39,326 nucleotides of DNA from Dehalococcoidia bacterium. Lineage in GTDB: Bacteria > Chloroflexota > Dehalococcoidia > GIF9 > AB-539-J10. Position numbers and translations under genes: made by a program. The notes beneath the pieces were generated by a model. It ran no database searches and was not told where the DNA came from. It saw only the letters and a list, made by a program, of their open reading frames with translations. Positions within the stretch are counted from its first letter, which is position 1; the number at the start of each line of letters is the position of its first letter. This document shows positions 7,699 through 15,634 of this stretch, one piece after another. The stretch is taken from the NCBI GenBank assembly GCA_029859145.1, contig JAOUDT010000001.1, forward strand, positions 1-39,326. Reading direction: 5' to 3'.

Positions 7699-8217
7699 TC
7701 AGAGTAGAGCCTCGATTATTGCCTTATTGAATTTTGGCAGGTCAGCAGGTTTGCGCGAGGTGATGATATTGCTATCCCTGACCATCGGTTCATCGACCCA
7801 GATAGCGCCGGCATTTTTCAGGTCTACCGCTACCGAAGGCCATGAAGTCACGCGGCGTCCCTTGACTATATCGGCTGAGATCAGGAGCTGCGGGCCATGA
7901 CAGACTGCGGCGATTATCTTGCCCTCACCGTGCGCCTTTCGTACCAGATCAACCATCGGCTGGTGCAGACGCATCTTGTCGGGAGCATAGCCGCCGGGGA
8001 CAATTATGGCATCAAGCTGGCTGGTTTCAACCTTGTCGGCGGTTGTATCTACCGTCACCCTGGCTGAGCCTCTCTTTCCTGTGTAACTTCTCTTCGAGCC
8101 GCTGCCCACAATCAGCACACCGGCACCCGCATCTTTCATCGCTCGGAGCGGTTCCGTGAGCTCAGAGTCTTCAAAATCATCCTCAGCCAGAATTGCAATG
8201 CGTTTTCCTGCAAGCAT
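7699..8217 (-). CDS. DJ-1/PfpI family protein (type 1 glutamine amidotransferase-like, PfpI/YhbO type)
   Basis: 172 aa. The nucleophile elbow AAVCHGPQLL and DAIIVPGG are present. Confidence 0.85.
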   Translation of the reverse strand: MLAGKRIAILAEDDFEDSELTEPLRAMKDAGAGVLIVGSGSKRSYTGKRGSARVTVDTTADKVETSQLDAIIVPGGYAPDKMRLHQPMVDLVRKAHGEGKIIAAVCHGPQLLISADIVKGRRVTSWPSVAVDLKNAGAIWVDEPMVRDSNIITSRKPADLPKFNKAIIEALL

Positions 8218-8259
8218 ACGCGCTATCTCCTTTCTGAATTGGCAGTCTTTCTCCTGGTG

Positions 8260-8565
8260 CTAGTTTTTTCTCACCCTCCTTTTGTGTGGTGTGGAGCCAC
8301 CTGAAGCAAGGAGGTCAGGCGAAATTTCATTATCTCGAGTGATTAACAGACGTAGGTCTTCGGTGATGCCATCAATGCATCCAAGGATCGGCATTATCGC
8401 TTTAGCCAGGCTCTGCCTGTCTGCAGCTTCAACCATGGCAATGATGTTGGGATACCCTTCCAGCCGGTCAGCAAGAACAATTCCTGCCCTGTTCCGCAGC
8501 ATTTGAACCGCGTAGTCGCAACTCCTATCCACAATATCAAGTAACATGTACACCCTTACGCTCAT
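8260..8565 (-). CDS. Small hypothetical protein, possibly a stand-alone Lrp/AsnC-type RAM (ligand-binding) domain
   Basis: Start chosen at MSVRVYMLLDIV, with GGAGG 10 nt upstream. The ORF track extends to 8610. The beta-alpha-beta-beta-alpha-beta-like pattern (VYMLLDI...GIVLADRLEGYPNIIAMVEA...ITEDLRLLI) supports a RAM fold. The function call is weak. Confidence 0.45.
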   Translation of the reverse strand: MSVRVYMLLDIVDRSCDYAVQMLRNRAGIVLADRLEGYPNIIAMVEAADRQSLAKAIMPILGCIDGITEDLRLLITRDNEISPDLLASGGSTPHKRRVRKN

Positions 8566-8884
8566 TTCTTTGCACCTCCTGATCCACTCATGATTTGTGG
8601 ACCATGCCACGCTGCGATAGGATGGGACTCAAAGCAATCCAGCGTTTGCCATCCGGCGTAGAAGAGCACAAGCTTATTAACATCGAGGATGCAACGCAAT
8701 GTCGGGTTTAGGGACTGAGTTTGCCCATTTTGTACTAATGCAGCCACCATTGATTTTCTCCAAGAGAGCTTCGGTAGGAGTATTCTATAAAGCTGGCGAT
8801 GGCAAAGTCATAAAATGGGGGTGGAAAAAGTTACAAAATTATGACATTTGCGGAAGTATTGGAGAGTTCGGGCAGAAAGCACTT

Positions 8885-9583
8885 TCAGGCGGACGGCAGA
8901 TCCATGATGTAGCCTGTCTTGGGTATCGTGCGAATGAGCTTGGGACTATCAGGTTCAATTTCTATCTTTTCCCTTAGTCTGCTAATCCACGTGCGTAGTA
9001 TCTGTACATCGTCCCGATATTCAGGACCCCAGATTCGTGTGAGAAGCTCACTGTAAAGCATGAGCTTTCCGGCGTTCTGGGCGAGTTCGCTGAGCAGAAG
9101 CCACTCAATGCGTGTCAGCCTGATGTCTCGTCCCTTCATGAGGACAAGCCGCCTTTTGAAATCAATGGTCAACTTGCCCACCGAGAGATGGTCATAGGTC
9201 TTCCGTTTTTCAGACGGTGCCAGGCGGCGCCTAACTGCCTCAATGCGGGCAACTAATTCATCGGGGCTGAAGGGCTTGGCCAGGTAGTCGTCGGCACCGA
9301 GGCTGAGCCCCTTTACCTTGTCTGCATTGGTTCCCTTGGCGCTGAGGATGATAGTTGGTACCGGGGAAAAGGTACGGAGCTCCTTTAATGTCTCAAGGCC
9401 ATCCTTTTGGGGCATCAAGATATCAAGCACAACCAGGTCCGGCTCCAGCGCCTGCACCTGCTCTAAAGCTTCTACGCCATTGCTGGCCGTGGAAACCTCG
9501 TAGCCTGAAGCCTTTAGCTTGGAGCTGAGGAAGTTGAGAATGCGCTGCTCATCGTCGACTACGAGGACACGAAACTGTCTCAT
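8885..9583 (-). CDS. OmpR/PhoB-type response regulator (receiver plus winged-helix DNA-binding domain)
   Basis: 232 aa. Contains VLVVDDE, the phospho-acceptor context LVVLDILMP, and KP. The C-terminal trans_reg_C-like segment is LTRIEWLLLSELAQNAG...IRTIPKTGY. Confidence 0.9.
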   Translation of the reverse strand: MRQFRVLVVDDEQRILNFLSSKLKASGYEVSTASNGVEALEQVQALEPDLVVLDILMPQKDGLETLKELRTFSPVPTIILSAKGTNADKVKGLSLGADDYLAKPFSPDELVARIEAVRRRLAPSEKRKTYDHLSVGKLTIDFKRRLVLMKGRDIRLTRIEWLLLSELAQNAGKLMLYSELLTRIWGPEYRDDVQILRTWISRLREKIEIEPDSPKLIRTIPKTGYIMDLPSA

Positions 9584-9662
9584 GACATTGTTCTTTACAT
9601 ATTAATTTGCTTGAAATAATATCCGCAAATGCAAGCTGTGTCAAACATCTGTTTTGTTTTTG

Positions 9663-9691
9663 TTGACTGCCGAGCAAGGCGGAATTAGAAT
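9663..9691 (+). promoter_or_regulatory. Sigma-70-type promoter candidate for the histidine kinase gene (TTGACT-17-TAGAAT)
   Basis: -35 at 9663-9668, 17-nt spacer, -10 at 9686-9691, about 40 nt upstream of the start codon. Confidence 0.45.
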
Positions 9692-9730
9692 ATAAACAGT
9701 TGACCTGATTGGCAGGCCGATACAAGGAGG

Positions 9731-11749
9731 ATGCCAGTGGAAGACGAACTTAGAAACAGCGGTATTGATGTGCTTGGCGCCGTGCCCTGGGGTACTCACT
9801 TTTGCCAGTTCTATAAGAGCAAGCAGGACCTAATTGACACACTTGTCCCTTACTTTAAAGCAGGTCTGGAGACTAATGAATTCTGCATGTGGGTTACCTC
9901 TGAACCCCTCATGGTAGCCGAGGCACGAGAGGCCATTAGTGGAGCAGTGCGCGATTTTGACAAATACCTGCGACAAGGACAGATAGAGATAATCCCATAC
10001 AATGAATGGTATCTTCTGGGAGGCACGTTCGACGATGACCGCGTGCTCGCCGGCTGGATCAGCAAGCTAGAGCAGGCTCTGGATAGAGGCTATGACGGCC
10101 TGCGACTGACGGGCAACACATTCTGGCTGGAGAGAAATCATTGGCAGGCTTTCACGGAATATGAGGCAAAGGTGAACGACGTCATCGGCAAGTATCGGAT
10201 GATGGCAGCATGTACCTACAGCCTCGACAAATGTGATGCCACCGCCGTAATCGACGTGGTTCAAAACCATCAGTTCGCCCTGGTTAAACAGGAAGGCAAG
10301 TGGGATATCATCGAAAGTGCTATCTACAAGCAGGCAAAACAAGCATCGGCGGAGAGCGAACAAGACTTGAACCGTGCCCAGGCTGTGGCTCATACCGGAA
10401 GCTGGCGCCTGGATGTGCATCGCAACCAGCTTCTGTGGTCCGACGAGACCCACCGTATCTTCGGGGTCCCCAAAGGGAAGCCCATGACTTACGAGACTTT
10501 CCTCGCCAGCGTTTATCCGGAGGACCGGGCATACGTTGACCGGAGCTGGACGGCGGCTCTTCACGGCGAGCCATATGACATTGAGCACCGTATCGTTGTG
10601 GGCAACGAAGTGAAGTGGGTTCGCGAGAAGGCCGAACTAGAGTTCGATTCAAAGGGTGAGATTAGAGGCGGTTTTGGAACTGTTCAGGACATCACCCAAC
10701 GCAAACAAGTGGAAAATGAACTTAAAGTCCGAGACTTCGCCTTTGCCTCGGCTGCCAGTGGTATTGCTATTGCGGACCTGGATGGCATTGTGACCTATGT
10801 GAATCTTGCCTGTCTCAGCATGTGGGATTACGAACAGAAAGAAGAGGTGGTTGGTAAGCACGCCGTCAACTTCTTTGCAGATAAAAATGAGTTTAATGCG
10901 GCACTGAAGGTAGTCTTGAAGGAAGGTGTATGGCGTGGTGAAGTAAAGGCTAGGCGGACTGACGGGTCAACTTTCGATGTGGAGGTCTTGGCAAACCTGG
11001 TTGCCGATGCTGATGGCGAACCCTTCTGTATGATGGCTTCCCTTTTGGATATCACCGAACGTAAGAAACTTGAGCAGCTTAAAGACGAGTTCATTGGACT
11101 CGTATCTCACGAATTGCGGACACCATTAACCGTAATCGGCGGCTGTTTAAGTACTTTGCTCAGCGAGCGGACCCGCTTGTCACCAAGCGAGGTAAAACAA
11201 CTAATCAAAGATGGCCTTCTAGAAAGCGAGTCCCTCTCCCATCTCATAGAAAACCTGCTGGAGCTTTCACGAGCCCAGGCTCAGCAGCTGGCTCTCTATC
11301 CGGAACCGATTGACATCAAAACCCTGGTTAGAGATACGGTATCTAAGATAAAACGGCAGGCTCCTGCACACCGGTTCGTTACCTCTATCCCAGCTGAGCT
11401 TCCATCAATAAACGGTGACCCCTTGAGAATCGAACGCATACTCTACAACCTGCTGGACAACGCAGCCAAGTATTCTCCGCCGGGTAGGCAGATAAAAGTC
11501 TCAGTTAACGCAGAGCCAGAGAGTTTAGTTATAGGAGTCAGTGACAGGGGTAGGGGCCTATCCTCGAGCGAGCAGGCCAGAATCTTTGGCCCGTTCCGGC
11601 GTCTGGAGAACAAAAGGCCCGACAAAGCCAGAGGGGCTGGGCTCGGCCTGATGGTTTGCCGGAGACTGGTGGAAGCCCACGGTGGGGAAATCTGGGTCGA
11701 GTCCAAGAAAGGCAAGGGGTCAACTTTTTTCTTCAGTCTGCCCCGCTAG
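9731..11749 (+). CDS. Cytoplasmic sensor histidine kinase: MEDS domain, two PAS domains, HisKA and HATPase_c
   Basis: The N-terminus (VPWGTHFCQFYKSKQDLIDTLVPYFKAGLETNEFCMWV ... LRLTGNTFWL) matches the MEDS architecture. Two PAS-like segments follow. The H-box is SHELRTPL, the N-box NLLDNAAKY and the G-box GAGLGL. No TM segments are present. AAGGAGG abuts the ATG at 9731, so GTG at 9737 (6-nt spacing) may be the real start. Confidence 0.9.
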   Translation: MPVEDELRNSGIDVLGAVPWGTHFCQFYKSKQDLIDTLVPYFKAGLETNEFCMWVTSEPLMVAEAREAISGAVRDFDKYLRQGQIEIIPYNEWYLLGGTFDDDRVLAGWISKLEQALDRGYDGLRLTGNTFWLERNHWQAFTEYEAKVNDVIGKYRMMAACTYSLDKCDATAVIDVVQNHQFALVKQEGKWDIIESAIYKQAKQASAESEQDLNRAQAVAHTGSWRLDVHRNQLLWSDETHRIFGVPKGKPMTYETFLASVYPEDRAYVDRSWTAALHGEPYDIEHRIVVGNEVKWVREKAELEFDSKGEIRGGFGTVQDITQRKQVENELKVRDFAFASAASGIAIADLDGIVTYVNLACLSMWDYEQKEEVVGKHAVNFFADKNEFNAALKVVLKEGVWRGEVKARRTDGSTFDVEVLANLVADADGEPFCMMASLLDITERKKLEQLKDEFIGLVSHELRTPLTVIGGCLSTLLSERTRLSPSEVKQLIKDGLLESESLSHLIENLLELSRAQAQQLALYPEPIDIKTLVRDTVSKIKRQAPAHRFVTSIPAELPSINGDPLRIERILYNLLDNAAKYSPPGRQIKVSVNAEPESLVIGVSDRGRGLSSSEQARIFGPFRRLENKRPDKARGAGLGLMVCRRLVEAHGGEIWVESKKGKGSTFFFSLPR

Positions 11750-12009
11750 AAAGGGACAAATGTGGCTGGGGCTAGCCCTCAGACAGCAAAATGAGACTTG
11801 TTATCATTGATCTAGACTAGGGCCGCCCGCAGAGTCTCTGTACGGCTGCGATGAGATGACCCAAAGGTCGTTCAGAAGGTTCTCCGACAAGAGGCCTCAG
11901 CGCCACAGGTTTGAATCCCGCTCAGCTCACTCTCTGTTGCCCTGATCAATATCACTATGCGACGCTCTGGTCAGATTGACTAGACCTATCTCAAAGGCAT
12001 TGACTAAGG

Positions 12010-12018
12010 TGTTACAAT
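12010..12018 (+). promoter_or_regulatory. Extended -10 (TGT-TACAAT) placed 7 nt before the ATG at 12026: candidate leaderless promoter
   Basis: TGTTACAAT lies at 12010-12018 and is followed by exactly 7 nt and then ATG. No SD is present. Confidence 0.35.
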
Positions 12019-12025
12019 ATTCTTG

Positions 12026-12364
12026 ATGAAGGGTTATACATTGAGAGAGGCTGCGCAAGCCTTGGGCGTCTCCATAGTTACAATCCGCCGCTATATTAAA
12101 TCTGGCAAACTGAAGGCCAAGCTAGTCCCATCCAAGTTCGGCGATTCATATGTCATCGAAGACCTACCCCTGCCCTCCAAGCCCTTATCAGATGATACCA
12201 TGCGGGTCCAACCCCTTATCAATAGAATAGAACAGCTATCGCAGGAAGTCGGATATTGGAAAGCCAAGGCAGAATTGCTTCAAGAACGATTACTGCTTCT
12301 AGAAGCCCCTAAGCAGACCCCTAAGCAAAGATGGTGGCAAAGGCTATTCAAGCCCTGGCACTAA
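12026..12364 (+). CDS. Helix-turn-helix DNA-binding protein (MerR/excisionase-type HTH_17) with a C-terminal coiled coil
   Basis: YTLREAAQALGVSIVTIRRYIKSGKLKA is a typical excisionase-family HTH. The ORF track starts at TTG 12023. The ATG at 12026 is preferred. Confidence 0.65.
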   Translation: MKGYTLREAAQALGVSIVTIRRYIKSGKLKAKLVPSKFGDSYVIEDLPLPSKPLSDDTMRVQPLINRIEQLSQEVGYWKAKAELLQERLLLLEAPKQTPKQRWWQRLFKPWH

Positions 12365-12585
12365 ATAGACACGCGCTGATCACCAGTAACGTCTCTATTT
12401 CTACGCCTAATAACCCTTGATCAGGGTGCCACAGACTCGAATCTTGCATGGCCTATCGGAAAGACAATGTTCTTCTGCTATCCAATATGGCGCGCAAGAT
12501 AGAATCCAGTTTCAGAACAGGGTTTGTTTTCTAAAGGGCTGAATAGCTAGGTGAGCAAAGAACAGACCAGCGACTAGGCCTTGAC

Positions 12586-13305
12586 CTATTCCTTTTTTCG
12601 TTGCTTCTTCAATAGACCTTCATGGTAGGGGCAAATCTTCCGACAGATATTGCACGAAAGAACCCACCCGCCGCCTTTGGTGTAGGAATTGGAACGCTCT
12701 CTGCATAGCTTCTGGTCTATGGTCACCCCGTCAAGAGCATGCTGTGGACATGAATCTATACACAGTGTGCATTCAGAAATACAACCTTCATAAGATGCAA
12801 TCGGATCCGGCTCTAAATCAATAGACACAAGAATAGCGCCCAGCCAGATCATATTCCCGAACCTTTCGTTCATAAGAAGAGTATTCTTTCCAAGTACCCC
12901 TAGCCCAGCGAGGACACCTGCGTGTTTCAGTGATAGAATCCCTCTGCCATGATTCCGGTCCGTATCCCAGTATTCATACGGATCAGCGGAGGGAATCGGA
13001 ACTGACACAACGCCCTTCGTTTCTAATTCATCTGATGCATGAAAGGAAATCCAATCCACTTTTTCGACCATTTTGTTTCTCACTAGGGTATAGGGTGCAT
13101 TGGTTCTAGCCTGAAGGGTGCCTAGGGGAAAATGAGATGCGAAGACAACTGCAGATCTACAGTCAGGGTAGATATCACACGGGTGGAAGCCTTTCGGAGC
13201 ATCGGAAAACCGAGCCACTGGAGCAACCCCACAGATATCTGCCCCGTACTGGATTACCCTCTTCTTAATTGTCCTGGAACTGATCATAGAGCCCAGCCCT
13301 ATCAC
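12586..13305 (-). CDS. Epoxyqueuosine reductase (QueG)-related / reductive-dehalogenase-like 4Fe-4S protein
   Basis: 239 aa. The N-terminus is QueG-like (IQYGADICGVAPVARF). The C-terminal Cys clusters are CISECTLCIDSCP and CNICRKICP. The start is uncertain: GTG at 13305 or ATG at 13287, neither with a clear SD. Confidence 0.55.
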   Translation of the reverse strand: MIGLGSMISSRTIKKRVIQYGADICGVAPVARFSDAPKGFHPCDIYPDCRSAVVFASHFPLGTLQARTNAPYTLVRNKMVEKVDWISFHASDELETKGVVSVPIPSADPYEYWDTDRNHGRGILSLKHAGVLAGLGVLGKNTLLMNERFGNMIWLGAILVSIDLEPDPIASYEGCISECTLCIDSCPQHALDGVTIDQKLCRERSNSYTKGGGWVLSCNICRKICPYHEGLLKKQRKKE

Positions 13306-13414
13306 TAAGAATCATACCATATGCTAAGCTAGAGTCACCTACATTCAACAAAAGCCTACACTGGCTATAGTAGAACACTGACGCTGCCCAAACAATAAAC
13401 TCTTTGCAGATTCG

Positions 13415-14452
13415 CTAGCGGGCACAGTTCGGCCAAGGCCTTTCGCCAAGGGCAATGCGGCAGAGGTCAGTGATGAATATGCTGGGCAGTTTATACTGCA
13501 AGCTGGGTCGCCTGAAAACTCCGTAGCATATAGGGCAGGAAGTTATCATGGCATCGGCACCCACCGATATGGCGTCCTCGAAGTTCTTCTTCTGGATGTC
13601 CACGGCAAGCTCTCTATTGACGTAGATAAGGGGAGCTGAGCAGCAGAGGGCGTCTACCCCATCATATTGCCTGGGTGGTCTCTCCACGCCGACAAGCTCG
13701 AAGATCTCATCTAGGAAAGCATCATATTCATGCATCCATCTGGTGGCGCAGTTGGCCTGGTAGGCGACCTTCTTGTTCAGACTGGTGACGTTATCTTTGT
13801 GGTCCCTTACGTAATTGCGCAGGTATTCGAATAGGTGCATATACTTGAAGTTGACTTTGAAACCGTACTCCTTGGCTTTGACCCCTGGCAGGACAAAACC
13901 CTCATTGTGTATGAACACGATCTCTTTGCCCAGGCTGGCTAGATTGCTCAGGACACGCTGGCCGTACTTTTTCACGAAGCTCTCGCCACCCATGTGTACA
14001 TTGCCGGCCAGGTTCGCGTAGTCATAGCCCCTGACCACCGTCATGCCTTTGAATAGCTGGCTGTCGAGTGTGCCCTCGGGGAACTGCTCAAACCGGAAGG
14101 AATCGAATGACAGCACCGGCTTATCGGGGTCGCCTGGTATAACCTGCCTGTGTTCTCCGTGTCCCTCGAGCGCATGGGCTAATTCCTGAAGCACCGGCTT
14201 GCCGACCGCCACTATGGGAGAGGTGCCTATTTTCTCCTGCAGCTGGAAGATGAGGTCAGAAGGGTCAGCTCCGGTGGGGCAGTAATCCATACAGGCCATA
14301 CAGGTGGTGCACTTGCTCAGTATTTCGGCATCTTTGCCCTCCATGAGCAGCCTGACCTCCGCAATCGCCTTGTCCCCATCATAATCGACATACCGGCAAT
14401 TCACCAGGCAGTCGCCACACAAGTTACACTTTGTAGCATCCCACATTGCCAC
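13415..14452 (-). CDS. (Fe-S)-binding protein of the HdrD/GlcF/GlpC type (2x4Fe-4S plus CCG-like Cys-rich domains)
   Basis: 345 aa. Contains CNLCGDCLVNC and CTTCMACMDYCP, followed by Cys-rich CCG-type segments (ANCATRW, DALCCSAP, TSCPICY). GAAGGAGGG SD is present. Confidence 0.7.
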   Translation of the reverse strand: MAMWDATKCNLCGDCLVNCRYVDYDGDKAIAEVRLLMEGKDAEILSKCTTCMACMDYCPTGADPSDLIFQLQEKIGTSPIVAVGKPVLQELAHALEGHGEHRQVIPGDPDKPVLSFDSFRFEQFPEGTLDSQLFKGMTVVRGYDYANLAGNVHMGGESFVKKYGQRVLSNLASLGKEIVFIHNEGFVLPGVKAKEYGFKVNFKYMHLFEYLRNYVRDHKDNVTSLNKKVAYQANCATRWMHEYDAFLDEIFELVGVERPPRQYDGVDALCCSAPLIYVNRELAVDIQKKNFEDAISVGADAMITSCPICYGVFRRPSLQYKLPSIFITDLCRIALGERPWPNCAR

Positions 14453-14562
14453 CCTCCTTCTTAGTAATAACTAGCTTCTCCGAGATGTTGGCGCATTATA
14501 ACATCGTCCGCATCGGCAAGCGGAAGGGCACAGTCACTGGATTTCCGACAGAATGGGCATAA

Positions 14563-14571
14563 TGTTAAAAT
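14563..14571 (+). promoter_or_regulatory. Extended -10 (TGT-TAAAAT) placed 7 nt before the ATG at 14579: candidate leaderless promoter
   Basis: TGTTAAAAT lies at 14563-14571 and is followed by exactly 7 nt and then ATG. No SD is present. The architecture is the same as at 12010-12028. Confidence 0.35.
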
Positions 14572-14578
14572 TGGTCAT

Positions 14579-15559
14579 ATGCCAGCGAATCTGCCGCCAC
14601 AGTATTTTGAGGCTGAGAAGAGACTCAGGGCAGCCCGGGAGCCCGAGGAGAAGGTTGCGGCCCTGGAAGAAATGCTGGCCATTATGCCCCACCACAAAGG
14701 CACGGATAGGCTCCGTGCTGTGCTAACACAGAAGATTGCCAAGTTTTCTCAGGAGGCAGAAAGAAAGTACGCCACAGCCCGCAGAGCGGGCTTCTATATT
14801 ACTCGGGAGGGCGCTGGACAGGTAATGCTGGTCGGGCCAGCCAATACCGGAAAATCTCAGCTGCTGGCGGCGGTAACCGACGCCATCCCCGAGATAGCGG
14901 AATATCCCTTCACGACCAAGACCCCTATTCCGGGAATGATGAAATTTGAAGATATTCAGATACAACTGGTGGATACGCCGCCCATCGGCTTCAAGGAAGT
15001 GAGAGTACTGCTATCAAATGTCCTTAGGAGCGCTGATGTCATTGGCATTGTAATAGATTTATCCCTGGAGCCCACGGGCCAGGTAGAGGCAGCTCTCCAG
15101 GGACTGAGAGAAGCCAGAATAGAGCCCTTAACGGACGGTGGTACACAGGTGACTCCGGGAAGTTATCCCCGCAAGATGTTGATCTTGGGAAACAAGAATG
15201 ATTTGGCTGGTTCCAATGAGAATTGGGAGCGCTTGCGTTCGCAATATGCCAGACTGTTTCCCATGGTCTCCATTTCAGCCAGGGAAGGCCGCAGCCTTGA
15301 GGACTTCAAAAGAGCAATCTATCAAGCCCTCAATATAATCCGGGTTTATACCAAGACCCCGGGCAGCAAAGCCGACCTGACTGACCCTATGGTACTGGAG
15401 AAGGGTAGCACACTGGAAGAAGCTGCTGAAGCCCTCCATAAGGACTTCTATCAGAATTTGAAGTATGCCGTCGTCTGGGGCTCAGGTAAGTACGATGGGC
15501 AGAGGGTCAGCAAGGGACATGTCCTTCAGGATGGCGATATAGTTGAGTTTCATATCTAG
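14579..15559 (+). CDS. OBG-class GTPase of the DRG/Rbg type with a C-terminal TGS domain
   Basis: 326 aa. G1 is GPANTGKS, G2 YPFTT, G3 DTPP and G4 NKND. The N-terminal helical segment (HHKGTDRLRAVLTQKIAKF) resembles the DRG N-terminus (KNKATxxHLGxLKAKLAK). The C-terminal TGS-like region runs IRVYTKTPG...VVWGS...GQRVSKGHVLQDGDIVEF. Confidence 0.8.
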   Translation: MPANLPPQYFEAEKRLRAAREPEEKVAALEEMLAIMPHHKGTDRLRAVLTQKIAKFSQEAERKYATARRAGFYITREGAGQVMLVGPANTGKSQLLAAVTDAIPEIAEYPFTTKTPIPGMMKFEDIQIQLVDTPPIGFKEVRVLLSNVLRSADVIGIVIDLSLEPTGQVEAALQGLREARIEPLTDGGTQVTPGSYPRKMLILGNKNDLAGSNENWERLRSQYARLFPMVSISAREGRSLEDFKRAIYQALNIIRVYTKTPGSKADLTDPMVLEKGSTLEEAAEALHKDFYQNLKYAVVWGSGKYDGQRVSKGHVLQDGDIVEFHI

Positions 15560-15634
15560 ACAAACCTCAAAAAGCGTCAACAACCCCTGAGCAAAGTGAC
15601 AAAACTGCTGTCTTTTATATATTCTGGCTCAGAC

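Noticed and set aside
8562-8977. ORFs 8562-8750 (minus) and 8699-8977 (plus) in the 320-nt gap upstream of the RAM-like gene
   Set aside because: They have no SD and overlap each other and the response-regulator 3' end. The composition is not protein-like. The region more likely holds the promoter or leader of the downstream gene.
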